Position numbers and translations under genes: made by a program. From positions 1 to 33,134 of the IMG/VR virus record IMGVR_UViG_3300029448_000195: a stretch of 33,134 bases of DNA, one strand, 5' to 3'. The notes beneath the pieces are model-generated. The model was not told the origin of the DNA, did not search any database, and saw only the letters and a list, made by a program, of their open reading frames with translations. Source of the stretch: a virus. Lineage: Duplodnaviria > Caudoviricetes. Shown here piece by piece: positions 27,572 through 33,134 of the stretch; position 1 is the stretch's first letter; the number at the start of each line of letters is the position of its first letter.

Positions 27572-27849
27572 GTATTTTTACATTTACAGCTGGGGGTGCA
27601 ACATATGGCAGCACTGCAAATGTTGCTACGATTGAGGATAAAACTGTTGCATTGCAAAGAGAAATTAACAGGCTTAATGAAATTATTAAGTATCAAGAAG
27701 AACAAATAGAAAAGCTGCAATCTACACCAGCTGGATTTACTAAAGGCCAACTTAAATTATTAATACAAAAGATGCACCCAGATAAAAATGCTGGATCCGC
27801 AGAATGTGCAATTTTGTTTAAAAAGCTTATGGACATTAAAAATGGTTAA
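27568..27849 (+). CDS. Coiled-coil protein with a C-terminal partial J-domain (HPD)
   Basis: LKLLIQKMHPDKNAGSAECAILFKKL. Confidence 0.65.
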   Translation: MSIFTFTAGGATYGSTANVATIEDKTVALQREINRLNEIIKYQEEQIEKLQSTPAGFTKGQLKLLIQKMHPDKNAGSAECAILFKKLMDIKNG

Positions 27850-28258
27850 TTCCAGAAACAAGGGTGCGGCCTTTGAACGCCATATATGTAATTTCTTAAA
27901 TGATCTCCTGGAGAAAAAAGGCCTGGATAGATCTGTTAAAAGGAACCTGGATCAATATCAAACTAAAGGCCTGGCAGATCTCTACTTTGAGAACTTTGCC
28001 ATTGAGTGCAAACGCTACAAGGAACGAAAAGACAATTGGCCCATAACTAAATGGTGGGAACAAACAGTAGCAGCAGCTGGCGATAAATACACGCCAATAC
28101 TAATTTATAAATATGATCGCCAGGAAATTAAGGCCGTCATACCATTGTCATACTTACATCCAGATCTAAAAGAGGTTATGGATCCTTCCAGGATCTGCAT
28201 AACTAACTTTAAACATTTCCTACAAATAGCAGAGGCCAAAATTGAAGATCGTTTTTGA
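27842..28258 (+). CDS. Holliday junction resolvase-like PD-(D/E)XK nuclease
   Basis: MVNSRNKGAAFER...RNLDQYQ...ADL...FAIECKRY...WWEQT...PILIYKYDR. Confidence 0.85.
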   Translation: MVNSRNKGAAFERHICNFLNDLLEKKGLDRSVKRNLDQYQTKGLADLYFENFAIECKRYKERKDNWPITKWWEQTVAAAGDKYTPILIYKYDRQEIKAVIPLSYLHPDLKEVMDPSRICITNFKHFLQIAEAKIEDRF

Positions 28259-28472
28259 TGATGAGTTTGAGGAATATCTATTTGGCCGCTGGGCTGACTA
28301 TAGAGAAAGCCTGGGCCATGAAGATATTGAATTAGATTTATTTGAATTTGAGGATGCACATAAAGAACAGATTTTAGCTTTTTATAAATTGTCATTAATT
28401 AATTTAGAAAAAAGCAAAAGGGATTACCAAACTTGGTTATCAAAATTAAACAAGAAAAGAACTTTACATTAA
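28242..28472 (+). CDS. Hypothetical protein
   Basis: 76 aa; TTG start; fills the gap between neighbours. Confidence 0.6.
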   Translation: MKIVFDDEFEEYLFGRWADYRESLGHEDIELDLFEFEDAHKEQILAFYKLSLINLEKSKRDYQTWLSKLNKKRTLH

Positions 28473-28483
28473 AAGGAGTAAAA

Positions 28484-29068
28484 ATGGGATTATTAGATAG
28501 TGGCGGTGGTAACAGCAGTTACCTGGTTTACAAACATGGCGATAAAAATTTCTGGTTAGGCAAAGATGACATTTGTGAATTTGATAAGTTGGTTGTTGAT
28601 GTTGATAGCGTTAAAACTGGCTGGGGCATTTATGCAGAAGATAGGTATCAATTTGTTTGGGGTGAGAAGCCTGGCATTTTAGGGCCAAAGCCAGCTGACA
28701 TAGGCGAGGAATATTGGCGTAAAGCCTTTAGCGTTGATTGCTACATTAAAGACACTGAGGAAAGTGTTTTATGGCAATCAATGACTGTAGGTAACTGCAT
28801 GGCCTTTAATGCTTTAACTGATACTTACTTGGATAGAATTGAGGAAAAGAAGCCTGGCCAAGTAGGTGCATTTATTTCCCTTAAAGATGATAAGAAAAGA
28901 TTAAAGGTTGCATATAAGGATGAGAAGAAAAACACATCCTGGCCTTTGTTTGAATTTCATAGCTGGATAGATAGGCCAGAAGGTTTTGTATCTGTAACAG
29001 CAGCAGCTGAACAGAGAGAAGATACAGCTGATACAAGCAGCGTTAATGAATCAGACATCCCATTTTAA
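28484..29068 (+). CDS. Single-stranded DNA-binding protein-like
   Basis: SD AAGGAG; DSVKTGWG...FHSWIDRP; acidic tail ending SDIPF; lies upstream of the primase. Confidence 0.72.
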   Translation: MGLLDSGGGNSSYLVYKHGDKNFWLGKDDICEFDKLVVDVDSVKTGWGIYAEDRYQFVWGEKPGILGPKPADIGEEYWRKAFSVDCYIKDTEESVLWQSMTVGNCMAFNALTDTYLDRIEEKKPGQVGAFISLKDDKKRLKVAYKDEKKNTSWPLFEFHSWIDRPEGFVSVTAAAEQREDTADTSSVNESDIPF

Positions 29069-30997
29069 ATGCAGCAAGTGGACTGGGCCAGCCTGGCCAC
29101 CTCTGTTGCGGTTGAAATTTTAGGTGAACCAAAAACTAAAACAACTACACATTGGCGGTGGGGCAATAAAGGATCTTTAGCATTAGCAGTAGAAGGCGAA
29201 GGCAAGGGTAACTTTTATGATTTTGAACAAGATAAGAGTTTTACTTGCCATGAGTTCATTATTGAAAATGGCAGAGATCTCCAGGCCACATTAGAAGCAC
29301 ATGGTTATAAAAAGTTTGATCGAGAGGGGGCTGGAATTGATGTACAACTTTCTCCCCAAGAAAAGAAGGCTCCCTCTAGGTCATTCGATAAGTTCCAGAT
29401 GCAAAACCTGGCCAATGCAGCTGAGATCAAAGTGCAATATAGCGACACATTTTGGGTTATGCGATTCCCAGAAGGCCATCACATTAAACAAAAATACGCA
29501 CCATTTACCAAACAAGAAGATGGCTCCTGGATCCTGGCAAGGCCAGAGGCCCCATTACCTATTTATTTATCAGATGGTGATACAGAGGGCTCAGTTTTGA
29601 TCGTAGAGGGTGAAAAAGCGATGCTCGGTGCGGCTAAGTTATTCCAGGGCCAAGTCTGTTGCCATCATGGCGGTGTTAATAATTGGAAAGAGGGCAAATC
29701 AGATTGGACTCCAATTTATGGCCGCAAAGTTTTAATCTGGCCAGATAACGATGAAGCTGGCCTAAAAATGGCTACAGAACTAAAGGCTTATTTAAACAGC
29801 AAAAAGTGCCAGGTAGAAATTATAAAAATACCAGATGATTTTGCTGAAAAAGATGATCTATGGGATGCAGCTGCAAACAACTATTTTGATTCCCTGGAAT
29901 CTTTTGCAGATTACATAGAAAACAACCTGGACAGATCTGCAAGAGGATCTTTTGAACTTATGTCTATTGCTGATATGGAAGCAAACATTAAAGAACCAGA
30001 ATGGTTAATAGATCAGATTCTGGAACGCAATACCATTGGATCTATATTTGGATCTCCTAAATCTGGTAAGTCATTAATCAGTTTAAGCATGATGATGGCC
30101 ATTTCTAATGGCACTGAATGGTTTGGCCATAGTGTTAAACAAACGCCAGTTGTTTTGTTTTGTGGTGAAGGTGAAAGATCTATGCACAAAAGAATATTGG
30201 CCTGGGCCAAGTTCAATGAGCAATCAGTAAGAGATAACCCATTTAGGATGTCTAACAGGCCAGCCAGGATCTTAGACGATGAAGATTTTGCACTCATTAT
30301 GCAAACGCTTAAAAACACCTATGAGGAATTAGGCGATATTGGCTGTGTTTGTATTGATACGCTGCAAAGAAACTGGGGTGGTGGTGATGAGAACTCTAGC
30401 AGCGATATGGGTAAGTTTATCCAGCGAGTAGATGAAATTAAATACGAGTTTGATTGCAATGTAACTCTGGTACATCACTCTGGCCATGTAGGTGGTAAAT
30501 CAAGGGCCAGAGGATCATCTGTTTTGCCGTCTAGTGTTGATTTTGAGTTCCAGGTGGATAGAAAGAATGGCCCAGAAGATGATCCCAGGATGTACACCAC
30601 AATTAAACAAACATTAAATAAAGAGGGAGCAGATCTACCGCCAATAAATTTTGAGGTGATACCAGTACACAATTTAAAGGGCTATGTTTCCCAGGGATCT
30701 GCAACAGTAGATCTAACTGAGTTTGTTCCTGGTAATGAGGTTGAAGATCCAGAGAATTTAACGGCCATAAATAACGCCATAACTATTATTCATTCTGAAA
30801 AAATTAAAGCTGATATAGATCCATTTGAAGCCATGGTTAGCATAGATGAAATAGTTGATTACCTGGATGATCCAAAAAAGAACAAAAAATGGGTTTATAA
30901 CAATATTAATAAATACAAAGACCATAACTCTCATTGCTGGGTAAAGGCTGAACGAGGCCAATACCAGTGCGAAAACCTATTAACTACGCCTTTTTAA
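29069..30997 (+). CDS. Primase-helicase (TOPRIM plus RepA/AAA_25-type helicase)
   Basis: WRWGNKGSL; LIVEGEK and IWPDNDEAG (TOPRIM); GSPKSGKS (Walker A); CIDTLQR (Walker B); LVHHSG; RGSS. Confidence 0.93.
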   Translation: MQQVDWASLATSVAVEILGEPKTKTTTHWRWGNKGSLALAVEGEGKGNFYDFEQDKSFTCHEFIIENGRDLQATLEAHGYKKFDREGAGIDVQLSPQEKKAPSRSFDKFQMQNLANAAEIKVQYSDTFWVMRFPEGHHIKQKYAPFTKQEDGSWILARPEAPLPIYLSDGDTEGSVLIVEGEKAMLGAAKLFQGQVCCHHGGVNNWKEGKSDWTPIYGRKVLIWPDNDEAGLKMATELKAYLNSKKCQVEIIKIPDDFAEKDDLWDAAANNYFDSLESFADYIENNLDRSARGSFELMSIADMEANIKEPEWLIDQILERNTIGSIFGSPKSGKSLISLSMMMAISNGTEWFGHSVKQTPVVLFCGEGERSMHKRILAWAKFNEQSVRDNPFRMSNRPARILDDEDFALIMQTLKNTYEELGDIGCVCIDTLQRNWGGGDENSSSDMGKFIQRVDEIKYEFDCNVTLVHHSGHVGGKSRARGSSVLPSSVDFEFQVDRKNGPEDDPRMYTTIKQTLNKEGADLPPINFEVIPVHNLKGYVSQGSATVDLTEFVPGNEVEDPENLTAINNAITIIHSEKIKADIDPFEAMVSIDEIVDYLDDPKKNKKWVYNNINKYKDHNSHCWVKAERGQYQCENLLTTPF

Positions 30998-31002
30998 TAT
31001 GC

Positions 31003-31114
31003 AAACTCTCTTAACTCTCTTTAATACTCTCTTTACTCTCTTTGTAAATCGCATATATCTATTAATACTCTCTCTCCTCTCGCGTGTCTTTAGACACGAG
31101 AGGAAGGGAGTTTT
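31003..31114. repeat. ACTCTCTT direct repeats plus a long hairpin (putative origin and/or terminator)
   Basis: ACTCTCTT at 31005, 31014, 31026 and 31035, with a variant at 31067; hairpin TCCTCTCG(CG)TGTCT-TT-AGACACGAGAGGA followed by AGGGAGTTTT. Confidence 0.7.
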
Positions 31115-31132
31115 AAATGAGGCGGTGGGAGC

Positions 31133-31630
31133 ATGAATAATATTTATGAAAATAATGCTAATAAATCGATCTCTGAAGTTAACAAAAAAGAACAATGGAT
31201 TGAACGCTATTGGAACAAAAGCCGTCTTTTATCGATTGTTAGTTATGGTATGAGAATTAGATTCCAAAAAGCTGAAATGCTTTACAAAGATTCTCTTTAT
31301 ACAACCAATTACAAAAACATAAGCAAGATGGCTGAAATGATGGTCAGAGGATATGAAGCATTAATTAAAGAAGCTGAGGATCTTGGTTGTACCAGATTAT
31401 CAGTAACCATGTGGCCGCATGAACACAAAAAGACCAGGTACATGATTGTTAAAAATGATGAGGAGTTTTGGTTGGCCCATAACGCTTATGCAGAAGAACC
31501 AGATTGCATCGTTATATGCCTAAGCGAACTTTTCAAGATGGCCGATGATGATTTGTTAAAAACAAAAAAGATGATCCAGGAGACAACAGGACAACCTGGA
31601 AAAATTATTGACTACAAGAAAAATGACTAA
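31133..31630 (+). CDS. Hypothetical protein
   Basis: 165 aa; SD-like GAGG/GGGAG; follows the primase-helicase. Confidence 0.75.
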   Translation: MNNIYENNANKSISEVNKKEQWIERYWNKSRLLSIVSYGMRIRFQKAEMLYKDSLYTTNYKNISKMAEMMVRGYEALIKEAEDLGCTRLSVTMWPHEHKKTRYMIVKNDEEFWLAHNAYAEEPDCIVICLSELFKMADDDLLKTKKMIQETTGQPGKIIDYKKND

Positions 31631-31907
31631 ATGGCATGGCGGTAAAGGATCTGGAAAAAGAAAGAATGATGATCAAGAACAATATGCAGAAAACTGGGAA
31701 AAAATATTTAACAAGGAAAAAGATATGCCAACTAAATTAAAAAAATCTTCTGTGATCTTTAATAAGGCCAGCAGAAAAAAAGAAATTGAACATCATTACA
31801 TCAAGACTACAGATACTAAGATCCTGGAACAAATGCTTGCAGCTGACACTACCAGGCCAAAGATTAAACAAAAGATAAGAAATGAATTAACCAGGAGAAG
31901 CAAATGA
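31623..31907 (+). CDS. Basic hypothetical protein, possibly two fused mini-genes
   Basis: MTKWHGGKGSGKR...YAENWEKIF, then MPTKLKKS... with its own SD (AAGGA) before ATG 31725. Confidence 0.65.
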   Translation: MTKWHGGKGSGKRKNDDQEQYAENWEKIFNKEKDMPTKLKKSSVIFNKASRKKEIEHHYIKTTDTKILEQMLAADTTRPKIKQKIRNELTRRSK

Positions 31908-32065
31908 AATGTTTTAACTGCAATGCGGATATGAAATTTCAAGAAGAAAAAGAAATATCCAGATACAACGATTTATACGATCACAAACTAACTTTTAAAT
32001 GCCTGGAGTGCAATTCATGTGCTGAGGCTTATGTTCCAAAGGAAAACAACAATGCAGATAGATAA
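31904..32065 (+). CDS. 53-aa zinc-ribbon protein (not in ORF track)
   Basis: MKCFNC...FKCLEC; ATGA coupling; SD AGGAG. Confidence 0.75.
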   Translation: MKCFNCNADMKFQEEKEISRYNDLYDHKLTFKCLECNSCAEAYVPKENNNADR

Positions 32066-32306
32066 AATAATTAAACAAAAGGGCCAGGAATATGGAAGGC
32101 CAGATATGTTCATGGGCCAACTGGCCCAGGTATGGGGAGCCATGTTAGGCAAACACTTATCAAGTACACAGGTTGCGGCCATGATGATGGCCTTCAAAGC
32201 AATAAGAGGATGTAACAATCCAGGGCACCAGGATAGTTTTCTTGATGCACATGGCTACTCAAAGATTGCGATGGATATATTAAAAGATGATGAGGACTTT
32301 GTGTAA
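32052..32306 (+). CDS. DUF6378-like protein
   Basis: KGQEYG.P...LAQVW...VAAMMMAFKAIR...HQDSFLDAHGY. Confidence 0.75.
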   Translation: MQIDKIIKQKGQEYGRPDMFMGQLAQVWGAMLGKHLSSTQVAAMMMAFKAIRGCNNPGHQDSFLDAHGYSKIAMDILKDDEDFV

Positions 32307-32313
32307 AATGTTT

Positions 32314-32330
32314 TATAAACAACAAAAGGG
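32314..32330 (+). promoter_or_regulatory. 17-bp motif TATAAACAACAAAAGGG, copy 4
   Basis: Exact copy; ends 5 bp before ATG 32336. Confidence 0.85.
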
Positions 32331-32335
32331 TGAAT

Positions 32336-32506
32336 ATGAGTAAGACTAAAGATATAGATCCAAACAAACTAAAGAAGCAAATAGAATCTGGCAAATCATC
32401 ACATGATGCCGCCTTATCTCTAGGCGTTAGTAAATCAACTGTACTAAAGAAGGCTAAGGAGTTTGGCTTATCGTTTAGCAATAAATCCTGGTGGAGATCA
32501 CTATGA
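32336..32506 (+). CDS. 56-aa helix-turn-helix protein (not in ORF track)
   Basis: MSKTKDIDPNKLKKQIESGKSSHDAALSLGVSKSTVLKKAKEFGL...; ATGA coupling to the next gene. Confidence 0.78.
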   Translation: MSKTKDIDPNKLKKQIESGKSSHDAALSLGVSKSTVLKKAKEFGLSFSNKSWWRSL

Positions 32507-33090
32507 AGATAGATGTTAAGACAAACATTAAAGAAGTAACTAAAGACCTATCCAGGACACAAAAGAAGCAAATCCCATTTGCTACAGCTAATGCAATTAA
32601 TACAACACTGTTTCAGCTAAGAAAAGAAATGGGTAAGCAGACAAAAAAGAAATTAGATAATCCAACTCCATTTACTCAAAGAGGATTTATGGTTCAAAAA
32701 GCAAATAAGAAAACTTTATTTGGGTTGCTGTTTTTAAAGGACGAGGTTGCAGATTATTTAAAGTACCAGATAGATGGTGGCGTTAGATCTAGCAGCAAAA
32801 AGTTTGCGATACCAACAGACAATGCCAAATTAAATAAATATGGAAACATACCTGGTAAAAAATCTGGGGTTGTTAAAGGGAAAAACCAAAAGATATTAAC
32901 AATTAATAATATGACTGGTGTCTACCAAACACATAAAGATAAAACAGTTAAGCTGCTGATAGCATTTAAAGATAAAGCTGTTTATAAAATTAAATTTCCT
33001 TTTTACAAAATTGGTCAAGGCTTTATTAATAGTAAATTTAATAGAAATATGATTGATGCACTAGATAGAGCATTAAAGAGTGCTAAATAA
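32503..33090 (+). CDS. Neck/tail completion protein (lambda gpZ/HK97 gp10-like)
   Basis: KQIPFATANAINTT...LDNPTPFTQRG...YLKYQIDGG; very basic; start at ATG 32503. Confidence 0.72.
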   Translation: MKIDVKTNIKEVTKDLSRTQKKQIPFATANAINTTLFQLRKEMGKQTKKKLDNPTPFTQRGFMVQKANKKTLFGLLFLKDEVADYLKYQIDGGVRSSSKKFAIPTDNAKLNKYGNIPGKKSGVVKGKNQKILTINNMTGVYQTHKDKTVKLLIAFKDKAVYKIKFPFYKIGQGFINSKFNRNMIDALDRALKSAK

Positions 33091-33096
33091 TATGAT

Positions 33097-33132
33097 AGGT
33101 TCTTTCCAGCAATGCGCTGTGGGTAAATTCGC
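33097..33132 (+). other. Lambda cos-region-like motif (putative packaging site)
   Basis: AGGTTCTTTCC...GTGGGTAAATTCGC resembles lambda GGGTCCTTTCC (cosQ) and GCGGGTTTTCGC; located where terS is expected next. Confidence 0.5.
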
Positions 33133-33134
33133 AT

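Noticed and set aside
31003-31045. ACTCTCTT repeats or the 17-bp motif as a mini-CRISPR array
   Set aside because: The units are too short, there are no spacer-length intervals, and the 17-bp copies are kilobases apart.
125-32481. Minus-strand ORFs in the track (e.g. 3910-4392, 8472-8840, 27364-27750)
   Set aside because: They are antisense shadows of well-supported + strand genes, with no recognisable motifs.
1-33134. Stop-codon reassignment
   Set aside because: Standard-code ORFs tile the window densely, and TAA, TAG and TGA all end coupled genes.

Overview
This window is most of the genome of a low-GC (roughly 35% by eye) lambda-like siphovirus, probably marine. All credible genes are on the + strand and many are translationally coupled (TAATG/ATGA overlaps). 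Gene order: 3' end of a lambda gpA-type terminase, gpW-like adaptor, lambda-type portal, protease-capsid fusion, duplicated head-closure genes, tail module with a -1 frameshift chaperone, tape measure, tail tip, several fibre/receptor-binding genes, lysis cassette, PD-(D/E)XK nuclease, early/regulatory region, recombination and replication genes (YqaJ exonuclease, Holliday junction resolvase, SSB, primase-helicase), small genes, a gpZ-like gene and a lambda cosQ-like motif at the right edge. The small terminase and the 5' part of the large terminase appear to lie outside the window. I found no DNA polymerase, tyrosine integrase, methyltransferase, reverse transcriptase, tRNA or CRISPR array. 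The most unusual observations are: (1) an intact serine-recombinase homologue that lacks all catalytic residues; (2) two ungapped 49-bp att-like dyad sites that bracket the virion/lysis module, each just upstream of a sigma70-like promoter; (3) a 17-bp motif repeated exactly four times ahead of genes; (4) strong over-representation of GGCC, RGATCY and CCWGG with depletion of GGTC/GACC, a signature missing from one receptor-binding gene. All functional calls come from motif recognition by eye, with no database searches, and all counts are manual.
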